Virus record (IMG/VR): IMGVR_UViG_3300028805_002025
Location: 32,001-96,000 of that record
Origin: a virus
Lineage: Duplodnaviria > Caudoviricetes
Reading direction: 5' to 3' (one strand)
Length of the DNA: 64,000 nt
The translations under genes were made by a program, and so were the position numbers. The notes under the pieces are model-generated. The model did no database searches, was not told the origin of the DNA, and was given only the letters and a program-made list of their open reading frames with translations. Positions 55,092 to 64,000 of the stretch are shown here, one piece after another. Position 1 is the first letter of the stretch. Every line of letters begins with the position of its first letter.

Positions 55092-55343
55092 TTACGGAAC
55101 TATTACGTCTATTCTTAAGCCAATTGATTTTGAGGGATAATACTCATTATCCATGAACTCCTCAGTGTGGATAATTTCTTCTGCATCATCATCCTCAGTA
55201 CCCTCTGGAATCCAGAAATGTAATCCACTGTTGCCACCACCACCATCAATGACAAGTGACACAACACCTTCCTCCTGTAGTTTCTTGAGGTTATTTACCG
55301 CTTGTCTGGCTAGTTTCTCCTGCCTCTCGTTTAACTGTTTCAT
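55092..55343 (-). CDS. Hypothetical protein
   Basis: ATG start chosen. Confidence 0.55.
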   Translation of the reverse strand: MKQLNERQEKLARQAVNNLKKLQEEGVVSLVIDGGGGNSGLHFWIPEGTEDDDAEEIIHTEEFMDNEYYPSKSIGLRIDVIVP

Positions 55344-55497
55344 ATGCAAAACAAAAATTGTTACAATGTTTACCTTCACTAGCTAGTTTTACCTTACCAG
55401 TTATGCTACATTTTCGACCATTCTTTAATAGTCCGTTTCTTACCGTTGTGGACGGTACTGTTACATCCCACCAATCACAATATTGACACTGTTTCAT
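55291..55497 (-). CDS. Small Cys-rich protein
   Basis: CQYC...C...C pattern. Confidence 0.5.
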   Translation of the reverse strand: MKQCQYCDWWDVTVPSTTVRNGLLKNGRKCSITGKVKLASEGKHCNNFCFAYETVKREAGETSQTSGK

Positions 55498-55532
55498 ACT
55501 CCTGGAAATCTTGGTCTGTAAAATATGTGGTC

Positions 55533-55973
55533 TTACCCATTGTTCCAGCTTCTAAACAGTTCCTCGATAATGTGATGCTGAAGGCAATTGAGACCCTTTA
55601 CCTCCATAACGTGGTTATCGGTATCATCCCAAGTGATTTTGGGCTTTCCAACCTCTGGAACGTCATCGTCCTTGAGTTCGTTATCGTCCTCGTCGAAGTA
55701 ATACCCGAACTTCTCCATCATTGACAGAAGAAGACACTGCTGGGCATTTGTCGCCTCCTTAAACATGAACTCCTTTCTGGACTCAGTTGCGTGTCCAAGA
55801 TGGGTTGTCCCATCAGATACATTGAACTGGTTTCTGTCTATGTCGAATGAGCAGAGCCAGTAGATGAGGTTATCCTCCACACGGTCAAACATATAAATCT
55901 CGCCAATGGAATCTCCATAGGTTATGAACATAATGTCACCCTTCTTTGCTGTAGTAAAATCAACGTATTTCAT
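55533..55973 (-). CDS. Hypothetical protein
   Basis: First ORF after promoter at 55998. Confidence 0.65.
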   Translation of the reverse strand: MKYVDFTTAKKGDIMFITYGDSIGEIYMFDRVEDNLIYWLCSFDIDRNQFNVSDGTTHLGHATESRKEFMFKEATNAQQCLLLSMMEKFGYYFDEDDNELKDDDVPEVGKPKITWDDTDNHVMEVKGLNCLQHHIIEELFRSWNNG

Positions 55974-56067
55974 AACTTATAATTTTTTTAATTCTGCTGC
56001 AAATTTAGACAAAAAAACTGGAACTACCAAATGTAATCCCAGTTTTTTAAGATTTTTTAACATTTTT

Positions 56068-58380
56068 TTAATGACCATTATAATGCTCATATACATTACT
56101 TTGCATTATCCTAGATGCTCTACAGTATGCTTCATTCAGTGATGAAACATAATCGCTCCATTTTTGTCCTACACTTGGTGTTGGTAGAGTATATTTATCT
56201 CTGTTATATACAACTATTCCCCTATACCTATACCTCTGATTTTCTTGAGTCGTTGATGGCGTTACATTCCATTTATCCGTTCTGACCCTTATCCAACCAG
56301 TATTATCAGAACTGCTAGTAGGGGCAATATTAATACCAATCACAAAATCATCATTAACGGTTACATAATGTTCTACATCACTATCGCTATATCCACTATA
56401 ATCATTAACGCCAAGAGATACTGTTGCAAGTACACCAAGTATTTTTGATTCATTACCATACGTCTCTTGTGTACTTGGGTCAATATCACCACTACTCTTA
56501 TATGTTGTTTCCTCAGTAAGTTTTACTATCATAATTGAGTCCATATATTGTCCATTTACTACACCGCTTTCATAGTTATCGCAAACTCCGAACATATATC
56601 CGTACATTGCAGCACCTTGTGAATAATTAGAAACACCACCACCATCATCATAGTGTATTCCTTCGGTGTCGTCATAACCAAGAAGCAAATTGGTTTGGAA
56701 GTAAGCATTCTTTGATACATACTCCTCATCAGCATCACAATTTTCAAACTTTTGTTGTATTATATCCGTGATACATGAGTTTCTAGTGCATAATCCAGTT
56801 CTCTCGCAATCAGTGCATGTATCCATACAGTATGCATCACCAATCTTAGGATATATCTTAACCATTACGTATCTTTCAATCTTGTCAGAACCAATATTTT
56901 GTTGTACATTGAACTTGATACCTCTATATTGTTGGTCATGATGATATGTCCATACTAGTTCATTAACGCCACTTTCTGCCTTGAACCAAAAACCATCATA
57001 AATATCGTGTTTTGTTTCAGCTTCAACAAGATTTCCATCTTGATATACTGCAATTAGGGCATCACTAAGGTTGCTATTAGAGTATCCTACCACTTTATAC
57101 TCTCCAGAACCAGCATATGCACAAGTTGCTTCATGTGCTGCTTTAATTTGGTCGAATGTTGGATTCTGAACTCCAGGAACTGTTGTATTAACATTATGAG
57201 TTCCATGTGATGAACGGTGTTCAATTAATGGAGTTATATCGTAAATTTCAACTCTAACATCTTTCCACATTTCATCAAGTATGTCATATGAACTTGCTGT
57301 ACCAAGTATGTATTCTGTTTGGCTAGCGGCTAATGCCAAACCATCAGTATGCTCAAGATAATAGTAATCAAAGCTATTTGCATAAGGATGATGCCAATGA
57401 TGGAAATCTACTTCGCTACATGTAGTAGGCTTATCAGAAGATGGCTCATCACACCCAGTTCCTTTAGGCTGTGTCAAAGACGTAGAAGAGCCATCTTCTG
57501 CTGTTAGATTAATATATCCATCATATGTAAAACCAATATTTGACCAAGTACGACTACCCTCAGTATTATTCCTAGTATACGTAATCATAATATCACCTTT
57601 ACCACTATTAGCATTACTTGGCACTGGTGTTCCAAACTTTACAGTTTCAATCCACGTTGGAAACTCTTGAGTATTTCTTCCAACTACTGAAAGGGCTGAA
57701 TTGTTTACGCTATTACATCCATTATAATAATATTCGCCTATTTTTTCTTGAAAATTGCTTCCACACCCATTAAGTGATGTTGCTGTTATGCTATATGATA
57801 ACTGTGCATTTTCACATGGTACTTGTGAAACGTTAGAAGTTCCAGCTCGTCTTCCTGCGTATGTAACCTCAATAGTTCCATAGACTGGCTGCGCTGTGTA
57901 TCCCCAAGATGCTACAACATCTCCTTGACCATTAGTAGGTTCAGTAAAACTGATTGACAAACCAGGTATACTTGATGTTGCACTCATTCTAGAAACGCTA
58001 AATGATGGAGAAGATGTGGTATACTGACCAATTATTTGATTTTCTCCAGAACAATCTAATTGCGTTTTAGTAATATTTAATGCATCAATACCAGTATCAG
58101 TAGGATTATTAGCAGCCTGTACCACTTTAAGCCTTTTATCGCCAGTACAATGAGAACCATTAATGACTGCTGTTATATAACCAATCCTTTCTTTATCGCT
58201 TTCGTTCGTTAAAACAGACACTCCAACTGCGTTTTCTGTTGAGGTGATTGCTGTTGATAGCCATCCTTCAGGACTTTCTGAGTCATATGATACGTCAAAA
58301 CTAGGTTTAGCACAAGTAGACGGTAAATTATATTTAGCGTTTTGTGTACTACCCTCGCTTGTAAAATACTTAGTAACCAT
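56068..58380 (-). CDS. Large Cys/Ser/Thr-rich virion-surface-like protein with BACON/Ig-like modules
   Basis: W-L/I...N....R.G.I...V.Q modules, beta-rich composition. Confidence 0.6.
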   Translation of the reverse strand: MVTKYFTSEGSTQNAKYNLPSTCAKPSFDVSYDSESPEGWLSTAITSTENAVGVSVLTNESDKERIGYITAVINGSHCTGDKRLKVVQAANNPTDTGIDALNITKTQLDCSGENQIIGQYTTSSPSFSVSRMSATSSIPGLSISFTEPTNGQGDVVASWGYTAQPVYGTIEVTYAGRRAGTSNVSQVPCENAQLSYSITATSLNGCGSNFQEKIGEYYYNGCNSVNNSALSVVGRNTQEFPTWIETVKFGTPVPSNANSGKGDIMITYTRNNTEGSRTWSNIGFTYDGYINLTAEDGSSTSLTQPKGTGCDEPSSDKPTTCSEVDFHHWHHPYANSFDYYYLEHTDGLALAASQTEYILGTASSYDILDEMWKDVRVEIYDITPLIEHRSSHGTHNVNTTVPGVQNPTFDQIKAAHEATCAYAGSGEYKVVGYSNSNLSDALIAVYQDGNLVEAETKHDIYDGFWFKAESGVNELVWTYHHDQQYRGIKFNVQQNIGSDKIERYVMVKIYPKIGDAYCMDTCTDCERTGLCTRNSCITDIIQQKFENCDADEEYVSKNAYFQTNLLLGYDDTEGIHYDDGGGVSNYSQGAAMYGYMFGVCDNYESGVVNGQYMDSIMIVKLTEETTYKSSGDIDPSTQETYGNESKILGVLATVSLGVNDYSGYSDSDVEHYVTVNDDFVIGINIAPTSSSDNTGWIRVRTDKWNVTPSTTQENQRYRYRGIVVYNRDKYTLPTPSVGQKWSDYVSSLNEAYCRASRIMQSNVYEHYNGH

Positions 58381-58528
58381 TTTTAATACCTATTTTATTT
58401 CCTTTCTTATCTAAAAGGGCGTATACTGGTATACCATTTTGTCTGATAAACCAAACGACCTTATCATACTTAATATTTTTCTCAACCGATGACCATGTTA
58501 AATCGGTCTCATCATACATCTTACCCAT
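58370..58528 (-). CDS. 52-aa hypothetical protein (not in ORF track)
   Basis: MGKMYDETDLTWSSVEK... fills the gap and overlaps next start. Confidence 0.5.
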   Translation of the reverse strand: MGKMYDETDLTWSSVEKNIKYDKVVWFIRQNGIPVYALLDKKGNKIGIKNGY

Positions 58529-58546
58529 ACTTCACCACTTTATTGC

Positions 58547-59194
58547 TTATTTTCTAAGGTAATCTATAAAATCAATTATCCCTTCTACGTGTAACCTTAC
58601 GACACCGTGAACACCCTCCTCTGAGGTAAGGTACTCAAGGTCATCCTTGTTATCATAGAAGAAATTCTCCGTAAGAACCGCTGGGCAATAAGACTTTTTA
58701 ATCATATAGAAGTCAGCTTCCTTGTCCCTATCACCATCTGTCCAGTCCTCTCTTATCTTTCTTCCCTTGAGGTTACTATCTGCCCTCTTATATAGGAAGT
58801 CAGCTAGTATGTCTGATTTGGTCTTACCCCTTGTAGTATAAGCCTCCCAGCCCTTTGCATTTTCCCAGGCAGTACCGTTGCCCTTTGCATTTGAATGAAC
58901 TGAAATCATAAGGACGTTACTACTACCTTCCTTATTGCAGATTGTGTTAATACGCCTTATTCTCTCTGACAGAGAAATGTCTTTATCCTCTGGAACAACC
59001 AGCCTAGCATCATAGCCCATTGACTTCAGTTTGTCAACAATCTGCTTTGCTATGACCCTGTTGTATTTCCACTCACGGAATCTTCCACCATTGGTGAACT
59101 CACCTCCGATGTTCATTGAATTGTCAAGTAATGGGCTAAATTTTCCACGTGCCTCAGATGTAACACCATGCCCGTTATCTATTAATATAATCAT
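58547..59194 (-). CDS. N-acetylmuramoyl-L-alanine amidase (Amidase_3), probable endolysin
   Basis: IDNGHG, E, SVHSNA, GWEAY, PAVLTENFF. Confidence 0.92.
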   Translation of the reverse strand: MIILIDNGHGVTSEARGKFSPLLDNSMNIGGEFTNGGRFREWKYNRVIAKQIVDKLKSMGYDARLVVPEDKDISLSERIRRINTICNKEGSSNVLMISVHSNAKGNGTAWENAKGWEAYTTRGKTKSDILADFLYKRADSNLKGRKIREDWTDGDRDKEADFYMIKKSYCPAVLTENFFYDNKDDLEYLTSEEGVHGVVRLHVEGIIDFIDYLRK

Positions 59195-59204
59195 AATTAT
59201 TTTT

Positions 59205-62200
59205 TTATTGTTTCTTTAATATTACGAAATCAGTTACATATGATGTACTTTCACATTGAGTAGAATCTCCTCCAGCAAGATTACGTCTCTGTAGATATAC
59301 CTCTACTGCGACAGTATTAACTGGCTCGCTAGTAGGTTTTATCATACCATGAATAATCCACTTTTTATTAGATTCGTCTAGTTCAACATGGAGATATTCT
59401 CCATCTGGATAAGGAGTAAAACTTCCATGATGCGTTGTCTTAGCTATTAAGTCGAAACATCTATTTGCTTCTATACTATCATAGTAATAGTCATATGGTA
59501 TTGGAATTTCGAATAATGACCTGTCAGTTTCCCCATTTCCCTCATAGAATGCTGAAAATGTTTTTCCTCCACTTTCATATGTGGTGTCACGATAAGAAGT
59601 GAAGGCTGGTATTGGCAATTTTGGTATTGCATCGTCGCAAGCCATACAATCTCCAGAGTATCCTTCTTGAGTAACAGTTATTTCTTTCTCTCCACACTGT
59701 ACTCCATTGATTTTAAGTCTGTTTCCTTCTGAATCTATGAAGAATACACTAATCTTAGCGCACCTAGAAGTTGTTGAGTGGTCACGCTCTGTTGATTTGT
59801 TTACAGTGTTTTCAATATACAAAGTATCAGTATTATTACCGCTTCCAGGTTCAATCTTGGTTATCCATGATGTATCACCACAGCCCTGGCTTTGAACAGT
59901 CACACCACTAAGTCTAACGTCATCCCTTAGTACTGGGCGCATATAAGCAACGCCATCCCTGGTCTTAGTTGCTTGTACATCTATACTATATGTTTTGATA
60001 GAGTCTAACAACTGCTGACAAGTTACATCAATTACAGCTTCTTGTGTAAACTTAATCTCCCATATACACTCTTCTGACTGTTTAGCAGAGTCGTAGTTAA
60101 GCTTTATCTTAAAGGCATAATCTCTTTCACTTCCAGTATTTGCTAATGCTTTATATGCTACATGTAGATAGCATTTCTCTGGTGAAGTAGTATATGACCT
60201 AACATCTAAGTTAATTGACAACCAGTTATTTACTGCAACATAGTTATCCTCAGTAAAGAAAGCACTTGGGTCACTAAATGCACTCTCATAGCCTGGTACA
60301 ATAGTTCCTATTGGGGTAAACTTGAGACCAGTACTAACGAAGCAATCGTTTCTAAGATTATCACTGTTGAATGATGATTCAGCACCAAAATATCTAATTT
60401 CAATCTCTTTAGGCCCTAGACAGTTGCAATTAAGCGATTCGTCTCCCTGCTGTGTTACAGTAACAGTGAAAGGCTGGTTTATACAGTCTTCACAAATTCC
60501 GTATATTTGCCTTAACTTATCTTTATTATAATTTATCGTAATTGTATTTGTCCTAGGCTTAGCAGATGGGTTAGCCTCGATTTTACCTCTGAGATATATA
60601 GTAGTTCTAGTGACGAAAAAATTAATTGTTGATGCATCTATCCAATCATGCTCTGTACTAAATGATGATGATGTGATTATATTACTTCCACTTAGCGCAC
60701 TGAAAGCAATAAATCCATCGTCATCGTCTAGTTTTGCCAAGAATGCATTAACATTTGATGTATATGCTGGGTTGTCATCTACAAAATTTATTTTACGTAC
60801 CCTAGCACAATTAACATAGTCTTCCTTCTGCCATATTCTATATATATGGTGGCAATCTGCTAATGCTTGACCGCTTTCAAGTGAGAATATGTCAATATCA
60901 ATTGGCGCATCTGGCTGACTTGTTGTTGGTGTGAATTCGTAAAGTTTAACACTAACGTCATAACCATCATCACTTTCAGTTATTATTACCTTGTCAACTT
61001 GACTTGATGTTGATATTCCACTAAATTCACCACATCCAACAACTCCGAATGTTCCCAATGGATAAGTATCTGCTGCTGTTGAAACTTGCCTTTGTATACA
61101 AGCATCGTCAGGCAGCAATTCTTTACATTTACAAGCTGGATTATATATAACGGTTATAAAGTTAGTCCACAACCCATCACCGCAATTTTTTCCAGTTGCT
61201 AGTGCGTAATCGAAGTATATGTCTATCTGATTAGGGTCTTTATTTGGATTTGGCTTTATTTTGATAAAACTTTTACCGTCAGTAGTCTTACCTGTATTAA
61301 TTATAAAATATTCTGCATCTGTAGAGTCATAAGAGAAGGTTACGTCAGTTCCTTCAAAACAAGCCTCTTTTCCTTGGTTGAAAATGTAGGTGAATGTATA
61401 TTCTTCATCAACTGATTCGAGAAATACGTTTTTTCCCCAATCAACTTCCTCCCAATCAACTTCCTCACTTTCTCTTGCTATCACTATCAAATCTCTACAA
61501 TCACATTCAATTGCTGGTTCTACTGTAATAGTATCTGACATTCCTGTAGCATTCGTACAAATTTCACCATTAACATTTAACTGATAGCCAACCTTAAAAT
61601 CGCAGCTAGACGAAACATCTGATGTCTTTGCTGATACATAATAATAACCACCACTTTCATAAACTCCGCTACTAGCAACGCAGTTACCTTCTGTTATAGC
61701 ATATAACTGCCCACAAGTTTTATCAACTTTCCATACAGTTATTACATCACCACCAACTATCTTTGTAGGTAATTCTTCCATTACAGCACTTACAAAAGCA
61801 TTTTCGCAAGTACATCCAGCACCGTCATGTTTAAGAGTTATTTCCTTGTCTTCGCATTCAACCCCATATCTAAGGAATTTGACATGAAGCGTCGAATTAT
61901 AAGGTTCAATTCTAGTGTTGACTATAGCAGGCCAAATGGCTACATAAGAACCAGAACCATCAATAACGGTTTGAGCAGAGAAGTGCCCCATATCTTCAAT
62001 ATGTTCTGGAGATTCATAAATATTGCCAACTGTTACGCAATCACTAGTTGTATAATATCTGCGTTTAGGGTCTGTTTGATTAGATTCCCAGTTACAATAT
62101 GTTGTGTCAAATGTAACATCACATTCACATGCATTATGAGTAAGAGTTATTTCTTTATCTACACATTCAGCCCCATCTTTAAGGAATTTGACATGAAGCG

Positions 62201-63281
62201 TCGAATTATAAGGTTCAATTCTAGTATTGGCTATAGTAGGCCAAATGGCTATGTAAGTACTAGAACCTTCGACAAAGGTTTGAGCAGAGAAGTGTCCCAT
62301 ATCTTCAATATGTTCTGGAGATTCATAAATATCACCAACTGTAATACAATCTCCTATTGTATAATATCTGCGTTTAGGGTCTGTTTGTCCAGCATTCCAG
62401 TCACACTCTTCTGTGTCAAATGTTATATCATCACAAGTGCATCCAATTGGCTTTTGTGTAAGTGTTATTGCACTACTACAAGTATTCGTACCAGCTTTAT
62501 ATGAAATGATAAGTGTCTCGATGTGAGGCTGTTCTCCAGGATTAGTATTCTTTGGAGCAACAGTTACAACACCATTTCCAAATGTTGCATTAAAATAACT
62601 AAGTGAGTTTTTAGATATATTAGTGATACAAGTGGCAGATGTGATAGTAAATTCGTATGTCTTACTACTATCATCATTAGCTTCCCACGTATGAGAAGCA
62701 GGTGAAACCTTCAAATTCTCACATTTACAACCAGACGCTTGCTGAGTGGCTTTTATTGTTGCCCAACCAGTACACTCTTTTCCATCACTTGTAGTTCCAG
62801 TAATGGCTATTATAACATCTCTAGCTTCACCAGTATTTGCCTCAGCAGTACCTGTTATTACTCCATTACTAGCACTAACGTTTTTGAGCCACCCATTATT
62901 TGGTGAAACATTAACAACTGTTACATTAAATAAACAACCAGCAACAGTTGAATTATATGTAGCTGCTGTAACATTACCTCCAGCATTGGAGATATTCGTA
63001 TTAGGGGTTACAGACAAATAACTACATTCACAAGTCTGTACTGGTGCTGTATTTACCTTTATTTTATAGTCATTACAAGGATTTCCATTAACCGTTGGCG
63101 TTATTGTACCATTTACGCCATCATTTACCGTTAATTCAAACGTGTATTTTCCACCTTGTGCGCTCGTTTGTTTTATGTCAACGCCAGATGGTTTATCAAA
63201 GTCTATAGTACATCCTTGCTTGATAGTCACATTGATAGTGTAAGTTCCTGCGACTGTTATTGGTTGTATTGAATTTGCCAT
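59205..63281 (-). CDS. 1358-aa Cys-rich modular virion-surface/adhesin-like protein
   Basis: About 12 modules of ~100 aa delimited by CxC and ending I-T-x-T-Q (BACON-like); preceded by ATATTTAT. Confidence 0.65.
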   Translation of the reverse strand: MANSIQPITVAGTYTINVTIKQGCTIDFDKPSGVDIKQTSAQGGKYTFELTVNDGVNGTITPTVNGNPCNDYKIKVNTAPVQTCECSYLSVTPNTNISNAGGNVTAATYNSTVAGCLFNVTVVNVSPNNGWLKNVSASNGVITGTAEANTGEARDVIIAITGTTSDGKECTGWATIKATQQASGCKCENLKVSPASHTWEANDDSSKTYEFTITSATCITNISKNSLSYFNATFGNGVVTVAPKNTNPGEQPHIETLIISYKAGTNTCSSAITLTQKPIGCTCDDITFDTEECDWNAGQTDPKRRYYTIGDCITVGDIYESPEHIEDMGHFSAQTFVEGSSTYIAIWPTIANTRIEPYNSTLHVKFLKDGAECVDKEITLTHNACECDVTFDTTYCNWESNQTDPKRRYYTTSDCVTVGNIYESPEHIEDMGHFSAQTVIDGSGSYVAIWPAIVNTRIEPYNSTLHVKFLRYGVECEDKEITLKHDGAGCTCENAFVSAVMEELPTKIVGGDVITVWKVDKTCGQLYAITEGNCVASSGVYESGGYYYVSAKTSDVSSSCDFKVGYQLNVNGEICTNATGMSDTITVEPAIECDCRDLIVIARESEEVDWEEVDWGKNVFLESVDEEYTFTYIFNQGKEACFEGTDVTFSYDSTDAEYFIINTGKTTDGKSFIKIKPNPNKDPNQIDIYFDYALATGKNCGDGLWTNFITVIYNPACKCKELLPDDACIQRQVSTAADTYPLGTFGVVGCGEFSGISTSSQVDKVIITESDDGYDVSVKLYEFTPTTSQPDAPIDIDIFSLESGQALADCHHIYRIWQKEDYVNCARVRKINFVDDNPAYTSNVNAFLAKLDDDDGFIAFSALSGSNIITSSSFSTEHDWIDASTINFFVTRTTIYLRGKIEANPSAKPRTNTITINYNKDKLRQIYGICEDCINQPFTVTVTQQGDESLNCNCLGPKEIEIRYFGAESSFNSDNLRNDCFVSTGLKFTPIGTIVPGYESAFSDPSAFFTEDNYVAVNNWLSINLDVRSYTTSPEKCYLHVAYKALANTGSERDYAFKIKLNYDSAKQSEECIWEIKFTQEAVIDVTCQQLLDSIKTYSIDVQATKTRDGVAYMRPVLRDDVRLSGVTVQSQGCGDTSWITKIEPGSGNNTDTLYIENTVNKSTERDHSTTSRCAKISVFFIDSEGNRLKINGVQCGEKEITVTQEGYSGDCMACDDAIPKLPIPAFTSYRDTTYESGGKTFSAFYEGNGETDRSLFEIPIPYDYYYDSIEANRCFDLIAKTTHHGSFTPYPDGEYLHVELDESNKKWIIHGMIKPTSEPVNTVAVEVYLQRRNLAGGDSTQCESTSYVTDFVILKKQ
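61826..62432. repeat. Tandem in-frame duplication, period 309 bp
   Basis: AAGGAATTTGACATGAAGCGTCGAATTATAAGG at 61872 and 62181; QTDPKRRYY...YESPEHIEDMGHFSAQT repeated. Confidence 0.9.
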
Positions 63282-63382
63282 ATTATTATAAACATTTAAC
63301 TTTTAGATAAATATCCACTATGTGAGTATTTTTACCCAAAATTTGTTTTTTAGGAAAAAAATATATATCTTTGCACTATATT

Positions 63383-63766
63383 ATGGCTAGACTAGGTAAA
63401 AGGAAAAGAAATATGCACGAGAAAGATTTTAAGGATGGAGTTTACTATCTAAAGAAACTGCTATGTGAACAAGGACTTTACAACAAGACAATGAATTGCA
63501 AGTGGATTATACCACTCAGTAAATTATTGTCTGAATATGGAGTGTGTAAAGATTTCTGGTATAACACATATTCACAAGGTCGTCTTGAAAGAATACGAGG
63601 GTGCGATACCCTAAGCGACCTGTTCTATCGTCATGAGACATATCTCTTTGATTGGTATTCCACTGAACAAGGACATTCGTATTGGGAGCGTATAGCAACG
63701 GAGCTAATGAGAAAGTATGGAACTAATGAAAAATTAAATAAACTATGCAAATTAATTGAACAATGA
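63383..63766 (+). CDS. Hypothetical protein
   Basis: ATG directly after TATCTTTGCA; FDW..T.QG..YW motif. Confidence 0.6.
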   Translation: MARLGKRKRNMHEKDFKDGVYYLKKLLCEQGLYNKTMNCKWIIPLSKLLSEYGVCKDFWYNTYSQGRLERIRGCDTLSDLFYRHETYLFDWYSTEQGHSYWERIATELMRKYGTNEKLNKLCKLIEQ

Positions 63767-64000
63767 TAAAATGTATAATCCATTGTGCGGACATTCATAT
63801 AAGGAATTATTCAAGGCATGAAGAATACGCTGAACAACTGGAGAAATTCGTGGAAAAGTGTAGGGAGATAGCACAGAAATACGAGGAAGGGGAGGTAAGA
63901 ATTCTCATAGCTGGAGACCTCGTAAATCAGAAAAACAACATAAGCAACGAGCTTATTGTATTCTCCAGTCTGTTCCTAAGAAAACTAGAAGAGATAGCCC
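63763..64000 (+). CDS. SbcD/Mre11-like metallophosphoesterase (partial, runs off window)
   Basis: MIKCIIHCADIHIR...IAGDLV; ATGA overlap. Confidence 0.85.
   Translation, partial: MIKCIIHCADIHIRNYSRHEEYAEQLEKFVEKCREIAQKYEEGEVRILIAGDLVNQKNNISNELIVFSSLFLRKLEEIA

Noticed and set aside
61826-62432. Possible DGR template/variable repeat pair
   Set aside because: Both copies are in frame within one ORF, differences are not adenine-specific, and no reverse transcriptase is in the window.
1-64000. TAG-to-Gln recoding as in Lak megaphages
   Set aside because: Long conserved genes are uninterrupted in code 11 and TAG appears at natural gene ends (5544, 10143, 13468, 27042, 48905, 54470). No CTA-anticodon tRNA was seen. 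Other parts of the genome cannot be judged.
1-64000. Bacterial chromosome origin given dnaK, dnaJ, tyrS, infC, clpP and nadE
   Set aside because: These genes lack their usual chromosomal neighbours (e.g. thrS/rpmI for infC, clpX for clpP) and are interleaved with phage replication, virion-like and homing endonuclease genes.

Overview
Very gene-dense 64 kb segment, mostly on the minus strand and read in the standard code (TAG is used as a stop). It looks like part of a jumbo tailed phage infecting a Bacteroidota (Prevotella/Bacteroides-like) host. About 17 copies of the Bacteroidota primary-sigma promoter (TTTG...TAnnTTTGCA) precede operons. The window mixes host-like genes (nadE, tyrS, infC, dnaJ, dnaK, clpP, two sigma70 factors, an FNT channel) with phage genes (primase, SbcC/SbcD, RuvC-like resolvase, Mom-like acetyltransferase, amidase, holin-like and very large Cys-rich virion-like proteins), several free-standing homing endonucleases and a tRNA array. 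Main unexplained signals: (1) a shared ~20-aa leader (xIxLTESxLxRxVxESV...[IL]xE) on many otherwise unrelated proteins, a candidate capsid-targeting/propeptide system, often downstream of a second promoter-like motif, ATATTTAT. (2) A remodelled tRNA array: a tRNA-Gln split into two complementary halves by an HNH gene plus a replacement tRNA, two covarying atypical tRNA-Gln(UUG), four CUN-reading tRNA-Leu that all carry A37 instead of G37, and an unassigned ~123-nt structured RNA. (3) A GIY-YIG nuclease fused to a prohead-protease fragment. (4) Fused terminator/promoter cassettes and a sigma54-type promoter ahead of dnaK. All family assignments come from motif recognition by eye; no searches were run.
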